DNA from: Malacoraja senta
Lineage: Eukaryota
Assembly: GCA_038087875.1 (NCBI GenBank)
Contig: CM075992.1
Location: 4,218,001 to 4,282,000, forward strand
Reading direction: 5' to 3'
Length of the DNA: 64,000 nt
The notes beneath the pieces are model-generated. The model worked only from the letters and a program-made list of their open reading frames with translations, was not told where the DNA came from and did no database searches. The position numbers and the translations under genes are program-made. Below, piece after piece: positions 1-12,915 of this stretch; position 1 is the first letter of the stretch; each line of letters starts with the position of its first letter.

Positions 1-756
1 CTGCACGTCTTTGGAGTGTGGGGGGAAACCGAAGATCTCGGAGAAAACCCCACGCCGTCATGGGGAGAACGTACAAACTCTGTGCAGACAGCACCCGTGG
101 TCGGGATCGAACCCGGGTCTCTGGCGCTGTAAGCGTTGTAAGGCAGCAACTCTACCGCTGCGTCACCATGCTGCCACCCTTCGAAGAGTTACGAAAAATC
201 AAAATTCAAAATAATACTAATATATTTGGCATATTCACTCTGCTGCATCACTAGAATTCATTCACAATTCAGACTCACTAGCATGGATAGGGTAGACAGT
301 CAGAACATTTTTCCCGGGACGGAAAAAAATTAAATACTAGAGTACATATCTTTAAGGTGAGAGGGGCAAAGTTTAAAGGAGATTTAAGAACCAACCTTTT
401 TTTTAAGGAACACAAAGGGTGGCGAGTGCCTGGAACATGCTGCCGGGGTCAGTGTTGGACTTTTGGATAGGCACATGGTTATGGAGGGGATGGAGGGATA
501 TGGATTATGTGTAGGTAGATAAGAGATGGTTGGCATCATGTTCAGTACAAATATTGTGGGCCGAAGGGACTGTTTTTATACTGTACTGTTCCAAGTACCA
601 GTGTCTAATTGGAGGCTTTCTTTGAAAAGAAGGGGCCTTGTCATGGTAACATTTACACCTTTCATTTCTTCTCCAATCAGTGAAAGTCCTGCAAAATGGT
701 GGCACTGTTCTGAAGTAGCAAATATGATATGTAAAACAGCACGATACATGCAGCCA

Positions 757-892
757 TGTGTTTAAGAAGGAACTGCAGATGCTGGAAAATCGAAGGTAGA
801 CAAAAATGCTGGAGAAGCTCAGCGGGCGAGGCAGCATCTATGGAGCGAAGGAAATAGGCAACGTTTCGGGTCGAAGCCCTTCTTCAGACTCA
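757..892 (-). mobile_element. Mini-PLE 3'-end insertion with hammerhead-like motif
   Basis: Matches the PLE terminus at 48354-48482; 13 bp TSD atacatgcagcca (744-756, 893-905). Confidence 0.85.
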
Positions 893-1065
893 ATACATGC
901 AGCCAAGTAGTTGTTAGTGACATTGATAGGGGGGGTAAATTTCAGCCTTATCGGCAAATGGTGCCAAGGCCACTTTTGCATCCTTGAGAGTGCAGAGTGA
1001 AGAATAGTTTAATCACCTCAATGTTGAACGCAATACATCTGACAATGCGGCACTTATGGAGTCCA

Positions 1066-1263
1066 TATGCAGAAAGGAACTGCAGATGCTGGTTGAAACC
1101 GAAGATAGACACACAATGCTGGAGTAACTCAATGGGACAGGCAGCCTCTCTGGAGAGAAGGGATGGGTTGAGGCGTATCTGAAGAAGGGTCTCGACCCGA
1201 AACGTCACCCATTCCTTCTCTCCAGACATGCTGCCTGTGTTATTCAGGCATTTTGTATCTACC
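1066..1263. mobile_element. Mini-PLE fold-back insertion
   Basis: Inverted arms around CTGAAGAAGGGTCTCGACCCGAAACGTC (1179-1206); 11 bp TSD tatggagtcca (1055-1065, 1264-1274). Confidence 0.85.
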
Positions 1264-1491
1264 TATGGAGTCCAGCTCTGTACAATCAGTCTAAATGTTT
1301 GCGCTTATTGTTGGAATGTAAAAAACCTTTGTGTGAACTCCCCACTGAGCTAAATTTCGCACCTCAAGCATTGTGCAATATTCGTTTTAGCGTTGGATCT
1401 GACGAACCAAACAATTTATCTCCTGGTGGCACAAGGAAGATGAAGCTGGCATAGAGAGGAGCGGCTAATCTTTTGGAAATAGTTGAACATT

Positions 1492-1792
1492 TGGGCGGCA
1501 GCGGTAGAGTTGCTGCCTCACAGCGCCATAGACCCGGGTTCGATCCCGACTACGGGTGCAGTCTGTACGGAGTTCGTTCCTTCTCCCCGTGACCTGCCTG
1601 TGTTTTCTCTGAGATTTTCAGTTTCCTCCCACACTCCGAAGACGTACAGGGTTGTAGGTAAATTGGCGTGGTATAAAAGTTAATTGCCCTTAATGTGTGT
1701 AGGATAGTGTTAATGTGTGGCGATTGCTGGTCAGTGCAGACTCGGTGGGGCCGAATGGCCTGTTTCCGCGCTGTTTCTGGAGACTAAACTCA
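1492..1792 (+). mobile_element. tRNA-derived V-SINE (HE1-like), representative copy
   Basis: tRNA-like head with B box GGTTCGATCC, V-domain-like GTTTCCTCCCACAC..AAGAC, and CR1-like tail GGGCCGAATGGCCTGTTTCC. About 25 copies, e.g. 1-180, 2130-2428, 3890-4116, 7755-8036, 13716-13950, 16655-16920, 40422-40830, 46141-46590, 51251-51535, 56740-57005, 58495-58771. Confidence 0.85.
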
Positions 1793-4540
1793 ACCCATAA
1801 TATCACACAGCAGCGTTTCACTGATTTATTCTATTACTGAACAATTCATAAGGATAAAGTTCTATCTCAACGGCATACAGCTGAGGGTTTGTGATCCAAT
1901 CTAAAGTGTTGTGGTGAGGAAGCTTGATTGCCTGATGCACATTGGCAGACAAAAAACATATGGTCTTTTAAAAGTACTTCAAGGAAGCCATTTTAAGTGG
2001 CCTGGCCTCCATATGACTGATAGGAGCATGTTTGACCTTTAGCTGAAATACTCACTGAGTCACCTAGTTTAGGGACAGTCAGAGGGGCCCAATAAATAGG
2101 AGATAGAAGGAACTGCAGATGCTTTAGACTTTTGGCTATAGAGATGCAGTGCGGAAACAGGCCCTTCAGCCCGCCAAGTCCGTGCTGACCAAAGACCACC
2201 CCGTACACTAACACAATCCTACACACTAGGGACAATTTACAATTTTACCAAAGTCAGTTAACCTACAATCCTGAACGTCTTTGGAGTGTGGGAGGAAACC
2301 GGAGCACCCGGAGAAAACCCACGAGGTCACAGAGAGAACGAACAAACTCTGTAAAGACAGCACCCGTAGTCAGGATCGAACCCGGGACTCTGGCGCTGCA
2401 AGACAAGCAGCTCTACCAATGTGCCACCCAAAGTTTGACATGCTGGTTGCCGTTCGTGCAAGTTGACAAAACAAAAAGACACAATGTGCTGGAGTAACTC
2501 AGTAGGTCAGGCAAGACCTTTGGAGAGCATGGATAGAAGAGGTTTCGGGTCGGGACCCTTCTTCAGATAGATTGATGATGTTTCAGGCCGGGTCCCTACT
2601 TCAGACCAAAGAAGTGTCCCAATCCAAAATGTCATCCCGCCCCCCCCCTTCCCCCACACTCTCCAGAGATGCTGCCAGACCCGCTGAGTTACCCCTGTAT
2701 CTTTTTTTGAGGACTAATAAATTATGGCCCAGCCAAAAACACCAACCTGTGAGCAAATAAAGAAGGGGGGGGGGGAAATAAAGTCCATGCTCAGAATTTC
2801 ACAGTACTTGAAGGCTTGTTGCTTTAAATAGATAATATTGCCCAACATTTAACATCACTGGGCAGCCTGGAGCTAACAGCATGTTGCTCCTGTGGAATCA
2901 AGAGTACTTGGCTTGAAGCCAAAGCTGGAGGCAAGTGAGGACCACACACCCTACAAGAAGTCCTTCTTTGCAGCTCTCAACAATCCAAACGCACTGGTCC
3001 CAAATTTAAAATGGGACCAGGAAAGTGAGCGGGGAGATTTAATTTACATTTTGCGAGGCATAGATAGCGTAGACAACCAGAACCTCCCCCCCCCTCCCCC
3101 CCCCCCACTCCCCGGGTGGAAACATCAAAGACTGGAGGGCATCGATTTATGGTGAGAGCGTCAAAGTTTAAAGGAGATATGCGGGACAAGGCTTTTTTTT
3201 GCGCAGGGTGTGGTAAATTCCTGGAACGTGTTTTGGGGGTGGTGATGGTGGCAGATATGATAGTGTAGGATGGAACTTTAGATGCTGGTTTAAACCGAAG
3301 ACAGACACAAAATGCTGGAGTAACTCAGCAGGACAGGCAGCATTTCTGGAGCAAAGGAATGGGTGACCTTTTGGTTCTTCAGACCCGAAATGTCACCCAT
3401 TCCTTCTCTCCAGAGTTGCTGCCTGTCACGCTGAGTTACTCCAGCATTTTGTGCAGATATGACAGTGGGGTTTAAAAGACTTTAATACGAGCACATGGAT
3501 ATGCAGGGAGCGGAGGGATATGGAGTATGTGCAGATACATCAGAATTGATCTTGGAGCCATGCTTGGTTCAGACATTGTTGGCGTCAAGGCATAGAATGC
3601 TATAAATCTAATGCATACACTTGGAATTAGCATGGTGTGTACAACAGGCGTGGGAAGCAGTGTACTGTACTGTAACATCTCTGTCCTCGGTCATCAATTG
3701 ACAGGTTTTTCTAGGTTGCTAAACCCATGACTTATCAATGGCCAATTAACCTCCAAGCACGATGCAGAACACCAAAGGGGAATCCCACACAGGCATTGAT
3801 AGAAGTCAAACTCCATACAGAGAGCATCTGAACCTTCTGAACCTTGTGAATTTTGTAGTCGGCAGGGCAGTACTCTGCATATCGCCAGCTTGGACAATTT
3901 TACATTTTTATCAAGTCAATTAAACAAGCCAATTAACCTACAAACCTGCGCGTCTTTGGAGTGTGGGAGGAAACCGAAGATCTCGGAGAAAACCCACGCA
4001 GATCACGGGGAGAACGTACAAACTCCATACAGACAGCACCCGTAGTCGGGATCGAACCACGGGTCTCTGGCGCTGCATTTTGCTGTAAGGCAGCTACTCT
4101 ACCGCTGTGCCACCGTGACATCTGAGGTTGTGATCGATCAAACTTGTGTTTCTGGAGCTGTGAGATGGCACAGTTGCACCATAGAAATAAAGAACCGGTT
4201 AATACTGCAAAGGACACAGAGTTGTGGTGTAACTCAGCAGCTCGGGCAGCATCTCTGGAGAACGTGTATAGGTGGAGTTTCGGTTTGAGGTCCTTCATCA
4301 GAGTGATTGTAGGGGGGAATGGGAAGCTGGGAAAGGGGAGAGGCAGGCCAAGGTGTGGCAGGTAACAGGTGGACACAGGTGAGGGGGGAGTTTTTAGCTA
4401 GGCAGATGGTTGGAACAAAAAACAGATATAAGAATAGAGGATGCGAGATGGGTTGCGGATTGTGAAGCATTGTACCATCATGCCAACATCGTGTTCACAT
4501 CTGTGCCTGGACTGCAGCTGTCTGCAAAGCTGGGAAGAAT

Positions 4541-4966
4541 CTAAAGACGATTAATCAGTCGAGAACTCACGGAGGAGTCAAGTTCAGACTGGGACAGGGT
4601 GCGGTCGTATACATCTCGAAAGTCACGTCAACTTGCGAATTCCCAGCTTTTACGATTCCACCTAGTATTTTGCAAACCACAGACCCAGGTGTTCCTGTTG
4701 GCAGCAACAAATCGAGGTGAAGAGGCTGCTGAAAATTATCCCTTGGTGAATGTGGGTGGCAAGAGAATTGGTGCGGGGATGGGGTCATGTGAAAACACTG
4801 GGAAGTATCCTGCAGCAATGCCACTAGGCTGCTTACAAATATTGGCCATCTGTTTAGCCTCTTGCTGATCGCGGGTCGATGTGACATTCAAGGTGTATAT
4901 GACCGCACCCTAGCGCAGTCTGAACTTAACTCCTCGGAGAATTCTCGACTGATTAAAGGTCTTTAG
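4541..4966. repeat. 98 bp inverted repeat with 230 bp spacer
   Basis: 4541-4638 versus reverse complement of 4869-4966: 81/98 identical by manual count, no gaps. Confidence 0.95.
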
Positions 4967-6266
4967 GTTGTAGGGGAAGTGAGTAGGAGAATAGAATGGC
5001 TAGCATTACCCCGTCCTAAACTTAATTAGCTTATTGGAAAGAACCAGGGGCTTGTAAGCAGATCAATTAACTCTCGACTATTTGGTTGAGGAAAACATTT
5101 GAAGAAACTCAATGGGTCCATGCAGTAACTAAATAGGAATGAGTTTATTTCCCCCAATGTTTACACTTGCCAAAGCCCAGAAAAGACATTGTATCTGAAG
5201 AAGGGTCCCGACCTGAAATGTCACTTATCCATGTCCTCCAGTGATGCTGCCTGACCCGTTGAGTTACTCCAGCACTTTGTGCTTTATTCAAGATTCCAGC
5301 ATCTGACCTTCCTTGTGACTCCAAATACATCTTGCTTATTTTTGCTTCATCCCGAGTAATGAATTCTTCATAAGACATAGAAGCAGAAGTAGGCCAATTG
5401 ACCCATTGAGTCTGCTCTGCCATTCGGTCTTGGCTGATGGCCATTTCACCCCATGACCTTTGACACGCTTACTAATCAAGAACCTATCAATCTCCACTTT
5501 AAAAATATCCAATGATGTGGCCTCCACCGCCACTTTACACTCCTGATATGAAACTCCATTCTAAAGGTGCATCCTTACATTCTGAGGCTGTGCCCTCTGG
5601 TCCTAGACTCGCCCCATAGTGGAAACATCCACTCTATTAATCAGCAAGTTTCAATGAGATTACCCCCCTGTCATAAACTCCAATAAGTGCAGTCCCAGAG
5701 TCATCATACACTCCTGATATGTTAACCCAATCATCCCAACCCGGGATCATTCTTGCAAACCTCCTCTGGACCCTCTCCAATGCCAGCACATCCTTCCTCA
5801 GCTATGGAGCACAAAGAAGCTGGCAATGCCAAGCTTTGTTAGAGCCCTTACAGTGGTTTGCACATTGGACAATTGTCTCAAGAAGCCTCAGATCAGTCTG
5901 AAGAAGTGTCTTTTTTCTCTTTTCTTTTTTAAATTATGATTATTATTATTATTTTTTTTTAATTTTAATTTTATTAGAAGTAAGTACAGTCATATGGCAC
6001 CAAGGTGCCTAATATATATTGACATGTTACATTTTATGTACAGCTTCTTATTATTTTTTTTAAATAATGAAAAAGAAAAAGAGAAAAACGTGTGATATAT
6101 AGTGTGTGAGAAGGGTGAAAGAAGAAAAGTGAAGAAAAGAAGATGGAAAGAAAAAGAGTAGAAAGTAATGAAGAAGGGTCTCTCGACCCGAAACGTTGCC
6201 TACTCCTTCTCTCCATAGATGCTGCCTCACCCGCTGAGTTTCTCCAGCATTATTTGTCTACTTAAT

Positions 6267-6613
6267 ATGGCTGTCCCACTGTACGAGCTAATTCAAGAGT
6301 TCTCCCGAGTTTCCCCTGATTTGAACTCTGAGAATTATGGTAATGGCCACTCGTAGGTACTCGGGGCTTTCGTGGACATTTTTCAACATGTTGAAAAATC
6401 TTCACGGTTCTTCCCGAGCTTACCGCGTTTCCCCGAGTACCTGCCGTTAGCGTTACGAGCCTCTAAGAGACGTCCCCGAGCTCCGACGGACCCACGACGT
6501 TACAAGCCGTTAAGAGACGTCCCGAGCTCCGACGTACCTACGCTTACCACGAGTATGATTTTTTTTTTAACTCGGGAGATCTCTTGAATTACCTCGTACA
6601 GTGGGACAGGCCC
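6267..6613. mobile_element. CTGTCCCAC-terminus MITE (CCCGAG subfamily)
   Basis: TIR ctgtcccactgtacgag / ctcgtacagtgggacag; central palindrome 6378-6399. Confidence 0.85.
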
Positions 6614-7091
6614 TTAAAACTGTCAAGATGATTAGCCCAGCATGGTAGACCATTGTTTAAATGGAAAGCGAGTATGAAATGTAGTAATACAGAAGGATTT
6701 GGGCATGGAGTATGGGAGATGAGATGGTAGATATTGGCTTGCAGATACAGCAAGAAATCACAGGATGCATATTGAAGAAGCATCATGGAAAGCAATCTGT
6801 CGGGAAGCATCAGAGCCTGGTTTGGGAACAGTTCTGCCCAGTTGTAGATGTAGTGATTGCCCATGAAACAGACCAGACTCCCGATCATTGACTCCATCAT
6901 AGACAACGTAGACAAAATAATCAAAGATGTGTCCTCCCCATTCCTTCTTCTCCACACTCACGTCCAGCAGAAGGTGCAGAAGCTTGAAAACGCACAATGC
7001 AGGACTCAGGAGCAACTTCTTCCCCTCTATTATCAGGCTTCTGAACGGTGCTTCCATAAGCTAGGGTACTGTCCGCTTTACCTCTAACGCA

Positions 7092-7360
7092 AGGGTGGCA
7101 CGGTGGCGCAGCCGTAGACGTGCTGCCTCACAGTGCCAGAGATGCCGGTTCGATCCTGACTACGGGTGCTGTCTGTACGGAGTTTGGACATGCTCCCCAT
7201 GAGATTTCTCCGGGAACTCCGGTTTCCTCCCACACTTCAAAGACGTGCAGGTTTGTAGGTTAATTGGCTTGGTATAATTGTAAATTGTCCCTAGTGTGTG
7301 TAGGATAGTGTGTGTTAGTGGGGGATTGCCGGTCGGCATAGACTGTATCTCTAAACTAAA
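7092..7360 (+). mobile_element. V-SINE (HE1-like)
   Basis: ggtggcacggtggcgcagccgtag head and ctctaaactaaa tail. Confidence 0.85.
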
Positions 7361-10300
7361 TATTGCAGATAATAGACTTTGAGTATGCAACTAATGCGCT
7401 ACAATGCTGAGAACTAAGTTCTGCTCAATCTTGACAAGTTTGACTTAATTGCATTCTTGTATGGTACAGTGTATCTGATTTGTTTTGCTAGCATACAACA
7501 TAAAGCTTTTCACTGTGCCTTGATACAGGTGACAATAATGAAACTAAGTACTACTCCCTCTGGACTAATTACAGATTGGCAGCCGATTCCTTTCTCAGTC
7601 CTCCTCGTTCCCTCAGGGACCATCTTATTCACCTCTCAAACCACATTCTCTTTCTCGGCATGTTTACACAGCTCCTGACACGGTTCCCACCCAGCCCGTT
7701 AGCAAATGATTACAGCGTTGTTGCCAACATTTAAACACCTGCGTGTTCAGCTTAATTTAGTTTTGGAGATACAGCATGGAAACAGGCCCTTCGGCCCACC
7801 TAGTCAGCACTGGCCAGCGAACACCACACATTAACGTTATCCTATGGACTATTCACACATACACCAAGTCAATTAACCTTGGGAGAAAACTGAAGATCTC
7901 GGAGAAAACCCACGCAGATCACGGGGAGAACGTACAAACTCCGTACAGACAGCACCCGTATTCGGGATCGAACATGGGCCAGGATTGAACCCGGGTCTCT
8001 GGCACCGTGAGGCAACAACTTTACCACTGTGCCGCCTAGGTTAGCTCACATTGTCGTATTAAACACATTGACAGCTCAATGCACAGCCCTGCAAGGTAAT
8101 GAGAACCCGGGGTCACAGTTTAAGAATAAGTAGTAGGCCATTTAGGACTGAGATGAGGAAAAACTTCTTCACCCAGAGAGGGTTGTGAATCTGTGGAATT
8201 CTCAGCCACAGAAGGCAGTGGAGGCCAATTCACCGGATGTTTTCAAGGGAGAGTTAGATTTAGCTCTTAGGGCTAAAGGAATCAAGGAATATGGGGAAAA
8301 CGCAGGAACAGGGTACTGATTTTAGATGATCGGCCATGATCATATTGAATAGCAGTGGTGGCTCGAAGGGCCGAATGGCCTACTCCTGCACCTATTTTTC
8401 TATGTTTCTATTACTATGACTGAACACCATTAAGGCAGATCACTCACTTTCAATCTATTTCCCAACAATACATGCTGAACTACTACTTGATTCAAACCTT
8501 TCCTTTTACAGTACATTCCCCGCTGGGTTTCTCCAGCTTTCACTGAAATATTTCACTTGCCCCAACAGTTCTCTTGCTGACAAATCCCACTCTTTGTATG
8601 AATTTCTGAAATCCCATTTGAACTGCCTTACCACTGCGATTCCTCCTTTTGGATTCGGTAGAGTTTAGTTTAGAGATACAGCGCAGAAACAGGCCCTTCG
8701 GCCCATCGAGCCCGCGCCGACCAGCGATTCCTGCACACTAGCACTATCCTACACACACGAGGGACAATTTGCTTTTTTTTTTAACAAAGCCTGTTAACCT
8801 GAAAAAAAACTGCACGTCTTTGGAGTGTGGGAGGAAACCGGAGCACCCGGAGAAAACCCACGCAGGTCATGAGGACACTGGAACCTAGGTGGTGGATTAA
8901 ACCATCTCCCAAACGACCCATCGCATTTCACAACAAGCCCTCCTAACCTCCCTTGTGGCAGAATCTGTGGGTTCTTCTTTGGCCTCAACAGTTACTCCAG
9001 ACCCCACGGAACTGGAAATGGTGCAATAAATACTGCAACCTCAAAGGACTGCCTCAGAAAAGATTACGAAGACTAAATGTTTGGCTTCATGTGTTGTATT
9101 GATTGTAAGTCCTCAATAAGGGCTTGTGTCTCTGTTCTTCTGTCCATGATTCATTAAGGAGATAGCATACAGCCCACAATGGGTGGCATGGTGACTCAGA
9201 GGGCGGCACAGTGGCACAGCGGTAGACTCATAGAGTGATGCAGTGTGGAAACAGGCCCTTCGGCCCAACTTGCCCACACCGGCCAACATGTCCCAGCTAC
9301 ACTAGTCCCACCTGCCAGCATTTGGTCCATATCCTTCCAAACATGTCCTATTCATGTACCTGTCTAACTGCTTCTTAAACTTTTGTATAGTCCCTGCACT
9401 CAACTACCTCCTCTCACAGCTTGTTCCATACATGCACCACACTTTGTGTGAAAAAGTTACCCCTCAGATTCCAATTAAATCTTTTCTTTTCCCCTTAAAC
9501 CTATGTCCTCTGGTCCTCGATTCACCTACTCTGGGCAAGAGACTCTGTGCACCTACCCGATCTATTCCTCCATTGAACTTGTACACCCCTCATCATCCTG
9601 CGCTCTAAGGAATAGAGTCCCAAGGAATAGAGTTCCTGCCTTATAGCGCCAGATACCCAAGTTCGATCCTGACCATGGGTAGTCACCGTACAGAGTTTGT
9701 CTATTCCCCCGGTGACTGCATGGGTTTCCTGCAGGTGCTCCGGTTTCCTCCCCGACTCCTTGCACGTACAATGTTTGTAGGTTAATTGTAAATTTTCCCT
9801 GGTGGGTCTAGGATAGTGCTAGTGTATGAGGTGATCACTGGTTGGTATGGACTCAGTGGACCGAAGGGCCTGTTTCCACGCTGTATCTCTAAAGTCTAAG
9901 GTTTAATGTCCACGCTGAACAAGTTAAATTTATCTCCACTGCCTGTATGTGATTCATATCTCTCCAATACCAGCATATCCATATAAAGATCCAAAAGACT
10001 CTATCATATTTGCCTCCACCACCACCTCTGGGCAGCACATACCAGGTACCCACCACTCTCTTAGAAAAATACATGCCTTAAACATCTCCTTTTTACTTCA
10101 TTCCTCTCAATTTAAAGATATTGAGCTTCAAATTGAGAATTTAAAGCTAGTCCTTAACATCTAGGCCTGGATAGAGTGGCTGTGGAGAGGATGTTTCCAC
10201 TAGTGGGCGATCTAGGACCAGAGGTCATAGCCTCAGAATTAAAGTATGTTCCTTGAAGGATATGAGGAGGAATTCCTTTAGTCAGAAGGTTGTGAATCTG

Positions 10301-10402
10301 TGGAATTCTTTGCCACAGAAGGCTGTGGAGGCCAATGGATATTTTTAAGGCAGAATAGATAGATTCTTGATTAGTACGGGTGTCAGAGGTTATGGGGAGA
10401 AA

Positions 10403-10957
10403 TCAAGTCAAGTCACTTTTATTTCTATAGCACATTTACAAAACAACTCTCGTTGACCAAAGTGCTTTACATTGGTGGAGGTACTAACGTTATACAACAG
10501 TGGTTCATAGATTAAGTACATACATAAATACTTACATATAGCCCTCCCTCAGAGGACGTCAGGAAAGGCTTGAGAGTAAAGATGAGTTTTAAGTCTCGAC
10601 TTAAAGGAGTCGATGGAGGGGGCAGTTCTGATGGGAAGAGGGATGCAGTTCCACAGTCTAGGAGCTGCAACCGCAAAGGCGCGGTCACCCCTGAGCTTAT
10701 GCCTAGACCGCGGGATGTTCAGTAACCCCGTGAGGTTTGAGTAATGGGGTAAGGCTTCCAAGGCTGCCTGCTATCATTTTGATTGAGTCCAAGGGGCCGA
10801 GAAGGATGACCTCAGACTTACTCTCGTTTAGTTGGAGGAAGTTCTGGGCCATCCAACACTTTATATCCTCGTGGCAGTGGATAAGGTTAAGTAGATTTGA
10901 TCGTTTTTTGGACTTCAGGGGGAGATAGAGTTGTGCATCGTCTGCATAGCAATGGAA
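10403..10957 (-). mobile_element. L2-clade LINE 3' fragment with internal deletion, nested in a CR1 end
   Basis: FHCYADDAQLYL near 10950 joined to RGDRAFAVAAPRLWN...SFKSRLKTHLY; (TTGAC)n tail; related 3' end at 29335-29572 (+). Confidence 0.8.
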
Positions 10958-11039
10958 GGCAGGAGAATGGGATTAGGAGGGTGAGACAAATCAGCCATGA
11001 TTGAATGTCGAGTAAACTTGATGGGCCGAATGGCCTTAA

Positions 11040-11306
11040 GCCCCTGTCCCACTTTCCCGAGTTACTCAAACTTGGAGAATTACGGTAATAGCCAGCCGTA
11101 GGTACTCGGGGCTATTTTTTTAACTCGTGGACATTTTTCAACATGCTGAAAAACGTCCCGACTTACCTGATGCCTCGAGTACCTACGGCTGGCATTATGA
11201 GCCGCTACGAAATATCTACAGACTCGCTACGGACATTCTCCGAGTTTGAATCAAGGGGAAAACTTGGGGAGAATTCGTGAGGAACTCGGGAAACTGGGAC
11301 AGGGGC
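11040..11306. mobile_element. CTGTCCCAC-terminus MITE
   Basis: ttaa-gcccctgtcccactttcccgag ... ctcgggaaactgggacaggggc-ttaa, inside a CR1 3' UTR. Confidence 0.85.
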
Positions 11307-11509
11307 TTAACTCTTCTCCAATCACTTATGACCCATTGTGGGTAAAGTTATTCTGACTGTCTGCTCAGGTTAATAAATAGTTAATAATGAAATAATTCAT
11401 AATAATGAAGTTATGTCGCTCATAATTCTAGATACTTCCATCATGTCTCCCCTCAATGCCCAGAGAAAACAACCAAGTCTGTCCCACCTCTCCCTTTAGC
11501 TAAAACCCT

Positions 11510-11620
11510 GGGGTGGGAGATTGCAACCTTCACATGTTCCACCCTGTTTCGACGAATGCAATCAACCTGGCGGGCACAAACAGAAGATCAAACAGAACAA
11601 GTTGTCTTACAGAAGAAGAA
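11510..11620 (+). mobile_element. Short retroposon family A, decayed copy
   Basis: Fold 11510-11563 with L3 and P3' mutated; agaagaagaa tail; degenerate TSD agctaaaaccct / agctaatacctt. Confidence 0.8.
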
Positions 11621-11824
11621 GCTAATACCTTCTAATTCAGGTAGCATTCTGGTAAACCTCTTCTGCACCCTCTCCAAAGCCTCTAATTACTTTGTGTGAT
11701 GGGATGACCAGAACTGCACACAAATGTGGCCTAACCAAAGTCCTATAAAACCACAACATAACTTCTTACCTCTTGGACTCAATGCCCCAACCATGAAAGA
11801 AAGCATAACATATGCCATATTAAA

Positions 11825-12059
11825 GGGTCTGTCCCACTTTCACGACCTAATTCACGACCTCTGCCGAGTTTGTCCTTGACTCATACTCGCAGCATGGTCG
11901 TCACGAGGTCGTAGGAGGTCGTAGGTAGGTCGTAGCAGTCCGTGATGCTAGTCGTAGGTAATCATGGCATCAAGTAGGTCGGGGAGATTTTTCAACATGA
12001 TGAAAAATGTCCACGAGTAAAAAAGATCGTGAATTAGGTTGTGAAAGTGGGACAGGCCC
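11825..12059. mobile_element. CTGTCCCAC-terminus MITE (CACGAC subfamily)
   Basis: TIR ctgtcccactttcacgacctaattcacga; same subfamily as 47928-48169 in opposite orientation. Confidence 0.85.
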
Positions 12060-12915
12060 TTTACACTGCCTTTACAAGTGGGACAGGCCCTTTACACTGC
12101 CTTTACAAGTTGTCCAAAACTTTAGGCTGTGCACGAAGAAGAAGACACTGTCTTTGGTACATTATTGGTACAGTGGCTAGGGAGGCTGGAACTTTATTCC
12201 TTGGAGCAGTGGGGGGGTTGAGGGGTGGTCTTGTGGAGTACATAGAGTAGGGGTGGCAAGAACCAGTGGACATAGGTTTACAGTGAGAGGAGAAAGATTT
12301 AATGGGAACCTGAGGGGCAACTGTTTCACCCAGAGGGTGGCGGGTGTATGGAACGAGCTGCCAGGTTAGCTCGTTTGTACAGGTACATGGATTGGAAAGA
12401 TTTAGATGGATATATGAGCAAAACTTGGGCAGGTGGGACTGGTGTAGGAGGCATCTTGGTCGGCTTGGCCAAGTTGGGCTGAAGGGCCATTTTCCATGCT
12501 GTATGACTCTATGACTGTGTTGCCACTTTGAGTTAATTATACAGTATCATTAAATATTAAATCACAAGGATTGATAATGTGAATTATTTTTGCAGTTCAC
12601 CATCTGAGAGTCTTACTGGCAAATGGAGACATGAGAGACTACACTTTCTGGAACATGGGGCATAGACAAACTGTTGGAGGACCTCAATAAGTTCATGTTA
12701 TAGGAGCAGAATTAGGTCATTCGACCCATCATGTCTACTTCGCCATATAATCATGGCTGATCTATCTTTCCCTCCCAATCCCATGCCCCCGCCTTCTCCC
12801 CACAACCCCTGACACCCGTACTAATCAAGAATCTATCAATCTCCACCTGAAAAATACCCAATGACTTGGCCTCCACAGCCTTCTGTGGCAATGAATTCCA
12901 CAGATTCACCGCCCT

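Noticed and set aside
7092..7170. tRNA-like sequences with A/B boxes
   Set aside because: They are SINE heads continuing into the V domain and LINE-derived tail; no complete cloverleaf or terminator
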